From Spirochaetia bacterium (GTDB lineage Bacteria; Spirochaetota; Spirochaetia; CAKZLE01): DNA of 64,000 nt. The position numbers were made by a program, and so were the translations under genes. This document shows, in pieces, positions 1-9,824 of the stretch. Each line of letters starts with the position of its first letter. Within the stretch, counting starts at the first letter, position 1. The DNA lies in the NCBI GenBank assembly GCA_963677595.1, contig OY782041.1, forward strand, positions 800,001-864,000, given 5' to 3'. The notes beneath the pieces were generated by a model. The model saw only the letters and a program-made list of their open reading frames with translations. It was not told where the DNA came from and ran no database searches.

Positions 1-1
1 G

Positions 2-325
2 ATCACCTTCGGGATCATCCTCGCGCTGATCTCCAATGCCGCATGGTCTGTGATCTCGTTCTTCCTCTTCCTCTTCATCATCATCGCCGTGTTCAGGGTA
101 TTCCTCGAGTACCGCCCCACGGCGAACTCGATCCAGTATATCGCCATCCTCGACAATCTCCTCCGGGGCCCGGTTGACCGGATCCACCGGCTCATCTTCG
201 GCGGGAAGGAGACTGCGACCAAGACACTCCTCCTCACGACGGCAGGGACCTTCATCCTCCTCAGGATCGTGCTGAAGGTAGGGTTCAATTGGCTCGCTGA
301 CCTGCTCGTCGGGCTGCCGTTCTAG
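2..325 (+). CDS. YggT-family membrane protein, 3' part (runs off window start)
   Basis: Frame is open from position 2 (ITFGIILALISNAAWSVISFFLFLF...) and hydrophobic. It lies directly upstream of recG, a common spirochaete arrangement. Confidence 0.6.
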   Translation: MTFGIILALISNAAWSVISFFLFLFIIIAVFRVFLEYRPTANSIQYIAILDNLLRGPVDRIHRLIFGGKETATKTLLLTTAGTFILLRIVLKVGFNWLADLLVGLPF

Positions 326-337
326 GGATGGAGGCTG

Positions 338-2431
338 ATGTTCCTCGGGGAAGTTCGGACATCGATACGTGAACTCAAGGGGGTGGGACCCTCCCGGGCG
401 AAAGCCTATGCGTCTTTGGGGATCTACACCTTCCAACACCTGCTCTCCCATATGCCGAGGGGCTATGAGGACAGGCAAAGACCCATCCCCCTCTCCGAGG
501 CGGCAAAGCACAAGTCGGCATACGTCATAGCCGAGGTCATCGCCCATGACACCATCGGGTCAGGGTACAAAAAGACACTGAAGGTCATCATCTCAGACGG
601 CACTACCAACGCATCCCTCCTCTGTTTCGGCAGGAACTTCCTCGACTCCCTCCTCGCCGTGGGGAGGAGTTTCCACATCTTCGGCAGCTTCAGCTTCCAC
701 TACGGGGAGATCCAGTGCAGTGCCTTCGAGGTGGAACCCTTCTACGAGGGTTCAGTACCGAAGAAGTTCGGCTCGATCCTCCCGGTCTACCCCCTGGCCT
801 CAGGTCTGTCGCAGAACACCATCCGCAGGGACGTGAAGAACCTCCTGCTGCAGACAGCCTCATACCTTGACGACCTCATCCCCGAAGGACTGCAGTCTAC
901 CCATGGCCTCCTGCACTACGGAGAAGCCCTGCAGCAGCTCCACTTCCCCGACACCCCGCAGGCGATCACCAGGGCACGCAAGACGCTCGCCTACTGCGAA
1001 CTCTTCTACCTGCAGGCGACCCTGGTCAGGAAACAGCTCGCCCGCAAGCATGAGATCCAGGAAGCCCGGGGAGCCACTGCAATCCCGCTGCCGGGGCTGG
1101 ACGACCAGAGATCCCTTGCACAGCGGCTCATCGGGTCCCTGCCCTTCCCATTGACAGCGGACCAGGTCACGGTCCTCCATGAGATCATCGCGGACCTCGA
1201 TCGCCCCTACCCCATGAACCGGCTCATCCAGGGTGATGTCGGCTCAGGGAAGACCCTGACAGGCTTCATATCGATGCTCCCAATCATCGAGACGGGCGGC
1301 CAGACGGCCTTCATGGCACCGACCGAGCTGCTCGCAAAACAGCATGCTGAGTCTGCAGCCCGCTTCCTCGAACCCCTCGGGGTACGGATCGCCCTCCTGA
1401 CAGGCTCGGTACCTGCGAAGCAGCGCCTTCCCCTGCTCGAGGCACTCAAGGCAGGGGAACTCGACTGCATCATCGGGACCCATGCCCTCTTCTCCAGCGA
1501 TGTCGAGTTCCATGACCTCCAGTATGTCATCATCGATGAGCAGCAGCGGTTCGGCGTGGCACAGCGGATCTCCCTGACCCAGAAAGGACGGGCCCCCCAC
1601 CAGCTGCTGATGACCGCCACCCCAATCCCCCGGACCATGGCCCTCACCCTCTTCGGCGACCTCGACATCTCGACGATCAGGACGATGCCGCCGGGACGGC
1701 TCCCGGTGGTCACCCACCTTGCGGCAGAGAAGAGCAGGCAGCGGGTCTATGACGCGGTACGGGTGGAGATGGAGCGGGGGCACCAGGCCTACTTCGTCTA
1801 CCCGAAGATAGAGGCGACCGAGAACTCGGAACTCCGTGACGTCCAGACGATGTATACCTTCCTCGAGAAGCAGTATCCAGGCCTCGCAGGCGGACTCATC
1901 CACTCGAGGGTCAGCGAGGATGAGAAGGAATCGATCATGCACCGGTTCCGTACCGGGGAGATCGACTACCTCGTCTCCACGAGCGTCGTGGAGGTCGGGG
2001 TCGATGTACCGAATGCGACCTGCATGATCATCGAGCATGCCGAACGGTTCGGCCTATCCGCCCTCCACCAGCTGCGCGGCCGGGTCGGCCGCGGCACCGA
2101 GCAGGCCTATGCCTTCCTCGTCTTCTCAGACGACCTCCAGGAGGATGGGAAGAAGCGCCTCAAGGTGATGAAGGAGTCCCATGACGGCTTCTACATCGCC
2201 GAGCAGGACCTCATCATCCGGGGTCCCGGCGAGATCACCGGCGGACGGCAGTCCGGCTACCTCGGGCTGGTCTTCAGCGACCTGGTCGGGGATCTTGAGA
2301 TCATGAAGCAGGCAAGGATCGATGCGGAGCGGATCCTCCATGCAGATGGGTCACTCCTGAGCGGGGACCATGCGGTGATCAGGGAGGTCTTCAGGAAGGC
2401 ACCGCCCTTCGATGACCTGCTCGTCGAGTAG
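338..2431 (+). CDS. recG: ATP-dependent DNA helicase RecG
   Basis: LKGVGP N-terminus, MNRLIQGDVGSGKT Walker A, IIDEQQRFGV, MTATPIPRT, QLRGRVGRG, DLIIRGPGE. Confidence 0.97.
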   Translation: MFLGEVRTSIRELKGVGPSRAKAYASLGIYTFQHLLSHMPRGYEDRQRPIPLSEAAKHKSAYVIAEVIAHDTIGSGYKKTLKVIISDGTTNASLLCFGRNFLDSLLAVGRSFHIFGSFSFHYGEIQCSAFEVEPFYEGSVPKKFGSILPVYPLASGLSQNTIRRDVKNLLLQTASYLDDLIPEGLQSTHGLLHYGEALQQLHFPDTPQAITRARKTLAYCELFYLQATLVRKQLARKHEIQEARGATAIPLPGLDDQRSLAQRLIGSLPFPLTADQVTVLHEIIADLDRPYPMNRLIQGDVGSGKTLTGFISMLPIIETGGQTAFMAPTELLAKQHAESAARFLEPLGVRIALLTGSVPAKQRLPLLEALKAGELDCIIGTHALFSSDVEFHDLQYVIIDEQQRFGVAQRISLTQKGRAPHQLLMTATPIPRTMALTLFGDLDISTIRTMPPGRLPVVTHLAAEKSRQRVYDAVRVEMERGHQAYFVYPKIEATENSELRDVQTMYTFLEKQYPGLAGGLIHSRVSEDEKESIMHRFRTGEIDYLVSTSVVEVGVDVPNATCMIIEHAERFGLSALHQLRGRVGRGTEQAYAFLVFSDDLQEDGKKRLKVMKESHDGFYIAEQDLIIRGPGEITGGRQSGYLGLVFSDLVGDLEIMKQARIDAERILHADGSLLSGDHAVIREVFRKAPPFDDLLVE

Positions 2432-2491
2432 CCGATTGCATAAATCCCATGAGAAGCATATCATAGGCGATACGGACAAGGAGTACTACTG

Positions 2492-3025
2492 ATGCGAATC
2501 ACAGGCGGCAAATACCGCGGACGGACGGTCACCTGCCCGCCGGGGGTCATCCGGCCGGCCATGGACAGGATGAGGGAATCCCTCTTCTCGATACTCGGCC
2601 CCATGGAGGGGCTCTCGTTCCTCGATCTCTTCTCAGGATCGGGTCTTGTCGGGATCGAGGCGGCTTCCCGGGGCTGCGAACCGGTGCACTGCGTGGAGAT
2701 GGACGGGAAGAAGCGCAGGGTCATCAAGCAGAACCTGAGCATGGTAGAGTCTGACATCCGGCTCTATATGATGTCGGTGCAGAAGTTCACCCACCTTGCC
2801 CCCATGAGCTATGATATCGTCTATGCTGACCCGCCCTTCCCCATGAAGGGAAAGGATACCGTCTCGCAGATGGTCATCGATGCGAAACTGGTGAAGCCCG
2901 ATGGGCTCTATATCATCCACTACCCCTACGAGGATGCCCTTCCCGACGAACTCGGGGAGTTCAGCTGCTACGACGAGCGGAAATACGGACGATCACACCT
3001 GAGGTTCTACCGAAAGGAGAGCTGA
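2492..3025 (+). CDS. rsmD: 16S rRNA m2G966 methyltransferase RsmD
   Basis: MRITGGKYRGR, RESLFSIL, LDLFSGSG, EAASRG, DPPF, RKYG. Confidence 0.93.
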   Translation: MRITGGKYRGRTVTCPPGVIRPAMDRMRESLFSILGPMEGLSFLDLFSGSGLVGIEAASRGCEPVHCVEMDGKKRRVIKQNLSMVESDIRLYMMSVQKFTHLAPMSYDIVYADPPFPMKGKDTVSQMVIDAKLVKPDGLYIIHYPYEDALPDELGEFSCYDERKYGRSHLRFYRKES

Positions 3026-3123
3026 AGAACCTCTACATCCTCCCTGTAAAACAGAAGGCTGCCCCAAATGCCCATCCGGCACATGCAGCAGCCTCTCTAT
3101 CATGATCACATCAGCTGTACAGC

Positions 3124-4920
3124 TTATTCATCATCCTCATCATCATCGAAGAGGAAGACGTCGATCGACAGTTCCTCGAGCTGTTCCTCAGTCACGGTCC
3201 CGGGAGCCTCGGTCATGAGGTCCGTCGCCTTCTGGGTCTTCGGGAAGGCGATGACATCCCTGATGGAGTCGGTCCCGAGCAGGAGCATCATGATCCTGTC
3301 CAGCCCGAGGGCGAGTCCGCCGTGAGGGGGAGCACCGTACTGCAGGGCATCGAGGAGGAAGCCGAACTTCTCAGCTGCCTCTTCATCCTCGATCCCGAGG
3401 ATGGAGAAGATCTTGTTCTGGGTCTCATGGTCATGGATCCTGATCGAACCGCCGCCGATCTCGCTGCCGTTGAGCACCAGGTCATAGGCATCGGAGTCGA
3501 TCGACAGGATGTCCTCGACTGAGCCGTCGAGCTTGTGGAGGTCTTCAGGCTTCGGCGAGGTGAAGGGGTGATGGACCGGTGTCGGGTTCCCGTCGTCATC
3601 GGACTCGAAGAGCGGGAAGTCCACGACCCAGGTGAACGCGTACTGGTCATCACTGATCAGGTTCAGCCGCTTGGCGAAATGGCCGCGCAGGGCTGCAAGG
3701 CAGTTGCAGACGATCTTCTCGGTATCCGCGAGGAAGATGATGACATCCCCGGTCTGGGCGTCCATCGCCTTATAGAGGTTGGAAGCCTCCTCTTCCGAGA
3801 AGAACTTGATGATCGGGGACTGGGGTCCTGACTCATTCATCCTGATCCATGCGACACCCTTCCCCCGATAGGGTTTGACGAAGGGGGTCATGGCATCCAG
3901 GTCCTTCCGGGTCAGCTGGTCGCTGTAGCCCTTGAGGTTGATCGCCCTGACCACACCGCCGGCTTCGATCGCATTTCTGAAGACACCGAACCCGGTATTC
4001 CTCAGTACATCCGTGATATCGGTGATCTCAAGGCCGAACCTGAGATCCGGGGCATCAGAGCCGTACTTGAGCATCGCTTCCTTATAGGTGATGTGCGGGA
4101 TCGGCGTCGTGATATCGACGCCCTTGAGGTCTTTCATCAGCTTCGCGAAGAGGCCTTCGAGCAGGCTCATGACATCATCGCTGGTGACGAACGACATCTC
4201 GAGGTCCACCTGGGTGAACTCGGGCTGACGGTCGGCACGGAGGTCCTCATCCCTGAAGCATTTGGCGATCTGGAAGTAGCGGTCGAAGCCCGATACCATG
4301 AGCGACTGCTTATAGAGCTGCGGGCTCTGCGGGAGTGCGTAGAACTTTCCGGGGTTCACCCGGCTCGGTACGAGGTAGTCCCGTGCCCCCTCAGGCGTGG
4401 AACGACCGAGGATCGGGGTCTCCACCTCGATGAACTCATGCTCGTAAAGGTAGGAACGGATCAGGGCCGCAGCCTTGCTCCTGAAGATCATCTTCTGCTG
4501 CAAAGCAGGGTTCCTCAGGTCGAGGTACCGGTACTTGAGCCTGGTCTCCGCATGGACACTTGTCGTGTGGAGCAAGTCGAAGGGAGGGGTCTTGGACTTG
4601 TTCAGGAGCTCGAAATCGGAGACATAGACGTCGATGTCCCCGGTGGCATGGTTCGGGTTCTCCATCCCTTCCGGTCTCCTGCGCACGACTCCTTCGATCC
4701 CGATCACATACTGGTTCCTCAGGGTATGGGCTACCTTGTGGGCCTCCTCAGAATGTTCAGGGTCGAAGACGATCTGGGTGATCCCCCATCGGTCGAACAG
4801 GTCGATGAAGGTGACGCCGCCATGGTCACGGTAGCTGCCTACCCAGCCGTTGAGCACAACACTCTGGCCGACATCGTTCGCTGTTAGCTCCCCACAGGTG
4901 TGTGTCCTATTCAATCTCAT
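3124..4920 (-). CDS. aspS: Aspartate-tRNA ligase, probably non-discriminating (Asp/Asn)
   Basis: RTHTCGEL, RDHGG, STPEGARDYLVP, CFRDEDLRADRQPEFTQ, GAPPHGG; co-transcribed with gatCAB. Confidence 0.96.
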   Translation of the reverse strand: MRLNRTHTCGELTANDVGQSVVLNGWVGSYRDHGGVTFIDLFDRWGITQIVFDPEHSEEAHKVAHTLRNQYVIGIEGVVRRRPEGMENPNHATGDIDVYVSDFELLNKSKTPPFDLLHTTSVHAETRLKYRYLDLRNPALQQKMIFRSKAAALIRSYLYEHEFIEVETPILGRSTPEGARDYLVPSRVNPGKFYALPQSPQLYKQSLMVSGFDRYFQIAKCFRDEDLRADRQPEFTQVDLEMSFVTSDDVMSLLEGLFAKLMKDLKGVDITTPIPHITYKEAMLKYGSDAPDLRFGLEITDITDVLRNTGFGVFRNAIEAGGVVRAINLKGYSDQLTRKDLDAMTPFVKPYRGKGVAWIRMNESGPQSPIIKFFSEEEASNLYKAMDAQTGDVIIFLADTEKIVCNCLAALRGHFAKRLNLISDDQYAFTWVVDFPLFESDDDGNPTPVHHPFTSPKPEDLHKLDGSVEDILSIDSDAYDLVLNGSEIGGGSIRIHDHETQNKIFSILGIEDEEAAEKFGFLLDALQYGAPPHGGLALGLDRIMMLLLGTDSIRDVIAFPKTQKATDLMTEAPGTVTEEQLEELSIDVFLFDDDEDDE

Positions 4921-4949
4921 ATGTTATTCTCCTTCATACCTTCTGACAT

Positions 4950-6374
4950 CTACAGTTCGAGCAGCCGCATCAGCAGGGATCTCACCGCTGCCGGGTCCGC
5001 GGAGCCCTTCGTCTCCTTCATGACCTTCCCCATCAGGAAGCCGACAGCCTTCTGGTTCCCCCCCCTGATATCCTCGACTGCCGCAGGTTCTGCGGCAAGG
5101 ACATTCCTGACCAGCTCCTCGAGCCCGGACTCATCGGTCCCGGCATCGAGTCCCAGTTCAGAGATGAGCGTCTCAGGGTCCTTGTCCTCTTCGAGCATCT
5201 TCTCAAGTATCTGTTTTGCGATATTGGCATGGATAGTACCATCAGCCAGCAGTTTCATCAAGTCACAGAATCGCCCGGGCGTCAGATACGTCCTGGAAAT
5301 CGGCAGGTTCTGCCGGCTCAATGCCTTGGCAAGCTCCCCTTTCATCCATTTAGCGCTCTCGAGGCGATCCGCACCCAGGGCGGCGACTGCCTCGTAGTAG
5401 TCAGCACGGTCCTTCTCAGCCGTGAGGAAGACCACCATGTCATCCGGGAGGCCATACTCAGCCGCCATACGGGCCTTCCGCACCAGCGGGAGCTCTACCA
5501 TGGCATCCGAGACATCCTTCAGGAAGGCTGGATCAGGGATGAACGGCGGGATGTCAGGTTCCGGGAAGTACCGGTAGTCATGAGCGGCCTCCTTGGTCCT
5601 CATCGACTGGGTCTTCTTCTTGTCCGCATCCCACAGCCTCGTCTCCTGGATGATCGTCACTCCGGTCTTCTTCGCACGTGCCTGGCGTTTTTCCTCGTAC
5701 CGCATGGCCATCTTCACGTTCCGTGAGGAGTTGAGGTTCTTGATCTCGACCTTGGTCCCGAGCCCCTTGCCGGGTCGGTTGATCGAGATGTTCGCATCGC
5801 AGCGAAGAGAACCCTCTTCCATGTTCCCATCACAGACACCGAGGTACCTGACCATCTGCCTGAAGGCCTGGAGGAACTCCTCCGCCTCCTCCCCGCTGGA
5901 GAGGTCCGGCTCGGTCACGATCTCGAGCAGGGAGGTCCCTGCCCGGTTGTAGTCGATCAGGGATCGTCCGCCCGAGTGGATCATCTTACCGGCATCCTCC
6001 TCGAGGTGGATGTCGTGGATCCTCACGCGCTTCATCTTCCCCCCGCTCTCGAACTCGAAGTACCCATTGATCCCGACCGGTTCCTGGAACTGCGAGATCT
6101 GGTAGTTCTTGGACATGTCAGGGTAGAAGTAGTTCTTCCGCTCGAAGAAGGTCTTCTCCGACAGCCTGCAGTTCAGGGCCTCCCCTACCATGTACGAGAA
6201 CTTCAGCGCCTCACGGTTCACCGTGGGCAGGACCCCGGGATAGCCGAGGCATACAGGACACACATGGCTATTCGGTGCTGCCCCGTACTCGAAGCGGCAG
6301 TCACAGAATGCCTTGGTCTTCGTCAGTAGGTGGATATGGACCTCAAGGCCTATGAAGGTATCAAACGCTGCCAT
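4950..6374 (-). CDS. gatB: Asp/Glu-tRNA amidotransferase subunit B
   Basis: IGLEVH, RKNYFYPD, HLEEDAGK, MEEGSLRCDANIS, DYRYFPEPD. Confidence 0.97.
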   Translation of the reverse strand: MAAFDTFIGLEVHIHLLTKTKAFCDCRFEYGAAPNSHVCPVCLGYPGVLPTVNREALKFSYMVGEALNCRLSEKTFFERKNYFYPDMSKNYQISQFQEPVGINGYFEFESGGKMKRVRIHDIHLEEDAGKMIHSGGRSLIDYNRAGTSLLEIVTEPDLSSGEEAEEFLQAFRQMVRYLGVCDGNMEEGSLRCDANISINRPGKGLGTKVEIKNLNSSRNVKMAMRYEEKRQARAKKTGVTIIQETRLWDADKKKTQSMRTKEAAHDYRYFPEPDIPPFIPDPAFLKDVSDAMVELPLVRKARMAAEYGLPDDMVVFLTAEKDRADYYEAVAALGADRLESAKWMKGELAKALSRQNLPISRTYLTPGRFCDLMKLLADGTIHANIAKQILEKMLEEDKDPETLISELGLDAGTDESGLEELVRNVLAAEPAAVEDIRGGNQKAVGFLMGKVMKETKGSADPAAVRSLLMRLLEL

Positions 6375-7771
6375 TATCTCACCTCCCCTGTGAGCTGGAG
6401 GGCCCCGGGTGCCTTCTGCGGTGTATGTACCGTCCTGAATGCCCGTGCCGCACTGAAGAGGTCACGCTCACAGAACTCGGGAGCCATGAACTGGACACCG
6501 ACGGGGAGTCCGTCCTTCACCCCGGTGGGAACACTCAGGGCAGGAAGGCCTGCCAGGTTTGCCGTGATCGTATAGCGGTCGGCCAGCTTCTGCTGGAACG
6601 CCGTCAGGCTCTCCCCTGACGAGGGGAACGCCTGGGTCGGGAAGACCGGCATCATGAGGAGATCCACCTCCTGGTACATGGCTGCCAGCTCCTGTTTGAT
6701 CAGGGTCCTGATCTTCTGGGCCCGGACGTAGTATTGGTCCTGGAAGCCCGATCGCAGGACGTAGGTCCCGAGCAGGATCCTCGTCTTGACCTCAGGCCCG
6801 AAGCCCTGCTCACGGGTCTCCCGGGTCATGGCCTCGACGTCAGCCTGTTCGGCTGCACGATGGCCGTACCTGATCCCGGTATACCGGGCAAGGTTGGCTG
6901 ATGCTTCAGCCGCCGCGATGGTGTAGTAGACCGGCACCACATACTTTAATGAATCGAGGGAGACCGGCACGGTCTTCCACCCGAGGGATTCGCAGGCTGA
7001 GACTGCCTCATCATAGGCATCCGCAACTGCCGGGTCCAGGCCATCCCGTTCCGAGAGGTACCCGATCGTCATGGAGTCCCCGTTGACGGGGGTGATCTCC
7101 CCTTCCGGGTCCCGTGAGGTCTGGTCCATGGGGTCTGAACCCTTCATGGTATCGAAGACCCTCTCCATGATATCTATATCCTCGGCGAGGACGCCGATGC
7201 ACTCGAGTGATGATGCATATGCCACGAGTCCGTAGCGTGAGACCGCACCATAGGTCGGTTTCAGGCCGTAGACCCCGCAGAAGTTCGCCGGCTGGCGTAC
7301 CGAACCGCCGGTATCGCTGCCCAGGGCGAAGGGCACCATGCCCGCAGCCACTGCAGCTGCCGAACCGCCGCTCGAACCGCCGGGTACCCGCCTCTCATCC
7401 CAGGGATTGACGGTCCGCTTCAATGCGGAGTTCATGGTGTCAGACCCCATCCCGAACTCATCGAGGTTCACCTTGCCTACCGGGATGGCACCTGCTGCAA
7501 GCAGCCGGGACACTGCCGTGGCTGAATAGGGAGAGTTGAAGGTCTCGAGGATCTTCGAGCCGCAGGTCAGGTTGAACCCCTCCACCGCGATATTATCCTT
7601 GACCGCGAACGGGATCCCATTCAGTGGGGAGCCCTGGTTGTCGGCAGCCAAGGCCTGTCCCTTCCCGGGGTCCAGCTCGAGGAAGGCCCCGACCTGCTCA
7701 TCCTTGGCAGCTATCTGTTCGGTGTAGCCGGCTGATGAGAGCAGGCTGTTCCATTGCTTATCTGTCGCCAT
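6374..7771 (-). CDS. gatA: Asp/Glu-tRNA amidotransferase subunit A
   Basis: Amidase signature PGGSSGGSAAAVA, GSDTGGSVRQPA, GFGPEVKTRILLG. Start moved to ATG 7771 (MATDKQ), just after the gatC stop. Confidence 0.95.
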   Translation of the reverse strand: MATDKQWNSLLSSAGYTEQIAAKDEQVGAFLELDPGKGQALAADNQGSPLNGIPFAVKDNIAVEGFNLTCGSKILETFNSPYSATAVSRLLAAGAIPVGKVNLDEFGMGSDTMNSALKRTVNPWDERRVPGGSSGGSAAAVAAGMVPFALGSDTGGSVRQPANFCGVYGLKPTYGAVSRYGLVAYASSLECIGVLAEDIDIMERVFDTMKGSDPMDQTSRDPEGEITPVNGDSMTIGYLSERDGLDPAVADAYDEAVSACESLGWKTVPVSLDSLKYVVPVYYTIAAAEASANLARYTGIRYGHRAAEQADVEAMTRETREQGFGPEVKTRILLGTYVLRSGFQDQYYVRAQKIRTLIKQELAAMYQEVDLLMMPVFPTQAFPSSGESLTAFQQKLADRYTITANLAGLPALSVPTGVKDGLPVGVQFMAPEFCERDLFSAARAFRTVHTPQKAPGALQLTGEVR

Positions 7772-7781
7772 TCCCCGCCCC

Positions 7782-8066
7782 CTACAGCACGTTCGGGATG
7801 ATGAAGTGCTCATCATCGTGTTCGGGACCTCGCGAGAGCAGGTCCTCGGGGGCGATCACGGGAGTCTCCCGTGCGATATCTTCCCTTACCGACTGCCGTG
7901 CCGTGAAGGCATGGGTAGTGGGGGACAGTCCTTCCACATCGACCTCCCCCATCAGGGAGAAGTAGTCGAGCATGGTAGTCACTGCCTCGGTCAGGGTCTC
8001 TACCTCATCCTCATGCAGATGGAGCATGGCAAGAGAGGCTGTTGTCTCCAGTTCTTTTCTATCCAT
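7782..8066 (-). CDS. gatC: Asp/Glu-tRNA amidotransferase subunit C
   Basis: 94 aa upstream of gatA; ASLAML...VDVEGLSPT...REDI...FIIPNVL pattern. Confidence 0.9.
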   Translation of the reverse strand: MDRKELETTASLAMLHLHEDEVETLTEAVTTMLDYFSLMGEVDVEGLSPTTHAFTARQSVREDIARETPVIAPEDLLSRGPEHDDEHFIIPNVL

Positions 8067-8144
8067 TGAATTCCGCTTTATTATATTTTGTGCATAAATA
8101 TACTCGAAATGGGCAGAAAGGTACAGTGGTCGCGGTGCAACACA

Positions 8145-8762
8145 TCAATCTTTCAGGAGCAGGTACCGGCTCCAGAGGTGCTCCCTGCCGAGCGAGTCGG
8201 CATCATGTTCGATCCCGATGGTCGTGAACCCGGCAGAGGTAAAGACCCCCTGCCATCGGGTATCATCAGAGGCACTGTAGAACCGCCCCGATGCATCGAC
8301 CTCGCTTCCAGAATCTACAGGGCCCCGTATGGATATACAGGCCTTCCCTCCTGAAACAAGCACCCGGTGGATCTCCCGGCATACTGCCGCGGCATCGGCT
8401 TCAGGGAGGTGCATGAGGAAGGCGACCGATATGACTGCCTTGAACTGTAGGTCAGGATATGGCAGTACACACGGCAGCTTCAGGCAGGTCAGCCTGCCTG
8501 AGAGTTCGGGATGCAGGCGTTCAGCTTCAGCGATCATCGCCGCCGACCCGTCGACCCCGAAGACGTCGAGTCCCATGCCGAGCAGGAAGGCGGCATCCCT
8601 GCCGGTCCCGCAGCCGACATCGAGGACGGCATCGCCTTCCTTCACGTACTGAAGGACCGATGAGAGGAATCGCCGGCTGTCTGCCTGTTCGTACTGCCGG
8701 GCACTCTCCCGGGCATGCGTCTGGTAATATGCCAATGTGGAGTCGATCAGCCCCCTGCCCAT
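8145..8762 (-). CDS. Class I SAM-dependent methyltransferase
   Basis: VLDVGCGTGRD, GVDGS, HRVLVSGG; ATG 8762 preceded by GAGGGG. Confidence 0.85.
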   Translation of the reverse strand: MGRGLIDSTLAYYQTHARESARQYEQADSRRFLSSVLQYVKEGDAVLDVGCGTGRDAAFLLGMGLDVFGVDGSAAMIAEAERLHPELSGRLTCLKLPCVLPYPDLQFKAVISVAFLMHLPEADAAAVCREIHRVLVSGGKACISIRGPVDSGSEVDASGRFYSASDDTRWQGVFTSAGFTTIGIEHDADSLGREHLWSRYLLLKD

Positions 8763-8878
8763 AGCCCCTCCTGTTCTGTTACAGTATGTAAAGATATATC
8801 TTTTCGAAGGCTTCCATCCCATGGTATACTGCAGGGTGCAGAAGGACAACCGTACATGACGGTGAGGAGATCATTCCC

Positions 8879-9805
8879 ATGAACTATATTCTTATCCTGT
8901 TCGGCCTTGCAGCCCTCTACTACCTCGGTTCGGTCGTCATCGGCCTGGTCATGACGAGGAAGTTCATCTTCTCGAAGAACAAGTCCCCGGAATACACCTA
9001 TGCGAAGTGTAAGGAGTTCGGGGACTACACCGATGAGGAGTTCGCCTCCTACCGTCTCGAGGATTTCAGCCTCACCTCAGAATACGGCTATACACTCCGG
9101 GGAGTTTGCTCCCCCGGGAGTGACCCCACGAAGACGGTGGTCTTCGTCCACGGGCATACCTGGACCTGGCACGGCCAGGTGAAGTACTTCCCCCTCTACC
9201 GGGCACGGGGCTACAACATCGTGGCATACAACCACCGGAACCACGGGGACAGCGGAGGGGAGAACTGCACAGCAGGCTATTTCGAGAAATACGACCTGAA
9301 GAAGGTCACCGAATGGGCACGGGAGCGGTTCCCGGAAACGAGGATCCTCGGGCTCATGGGAGAGTCCCTCGGTGCTGCGACGACCTGCCAGGCCCTCCCG
9401 CTGGTAGAGGGCCTCTCCTTCGCCCACGTTGACTGCCCCTATGAGGATATGCTCGGCCTCTACGACTACCTCCTGTCCATCCGGCATATACCCCGGGCCA
9501 TGAGGAATCTTGCGGAGAGGTTCAGCATCTCCTATACGAAGAGGAAGGCAGGGTTCGACCCCCATGAGGTGTCTCCCGGCAGGTCAATCATGGAACGTGA
9601 TGTCCCCATGCTCTTCATCCACGGTGATGCTGATACCTATGTCCCGACGAGGATGTCAGTCTCGATGTATGAGCGGAGAAAGGAGTATGCAGATACCACC
9701 CTCGTCCTGATCCACGGGGCGAAACATGCCCAGTCCATCAGGGTCGATAGGGAGACCTATGTAGGTGCAGTGGAAACGTTCCTGGAGCGGGTGGAGCAGC
9801 GGTAA
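8879..9805 (+). CDS. Membrane-anchored alpha/beta hydrolase
   Basis: N-terminal TM helix, VFVHG, GESLG nucleophile elbow, IHGDADTYVP, GAKHA. Confidence 0.9.
   Translation: MNYILILFGLAALYYLGSVVIGLVMTRKFIFSKNKSPEYTYAKCKEFGDYTDEEFASYRLEDFSLTSEYGYTLRGVCSPGSDPTKTVVFVHGHTWTWHGQVKYFPLYRARGYNIVAYNHRNHGDSGGENCTAGYFEKYDLKKVTEWARERFPETRILGLMGESLGAATTCQALPLVEGLSFAHVDCPYEDMLGLYDYLLSIRHIPRAMRNLAERFSISYTKRKAGFDPHEVSPGRSIMERDVPMLFIHGDADTYVPTRMSVSMYERRKEYADTTLVLIHGAKHAQSIRVDRETYVGAVETFLERVEQR
9755..9797 (+). repeat. 43-bp direct repeat, copy 1 (3' end of hydrolase ORF)
   Basis: ACCTATGTAGGTGCAGTGGAAACGTTCCTGGAGCGGGTGGAGC; matches 12317-12359 at 42/43. Confidence 0.97.
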
Positions 9806-9824
9806 TCATATATCTACCGCCAGG

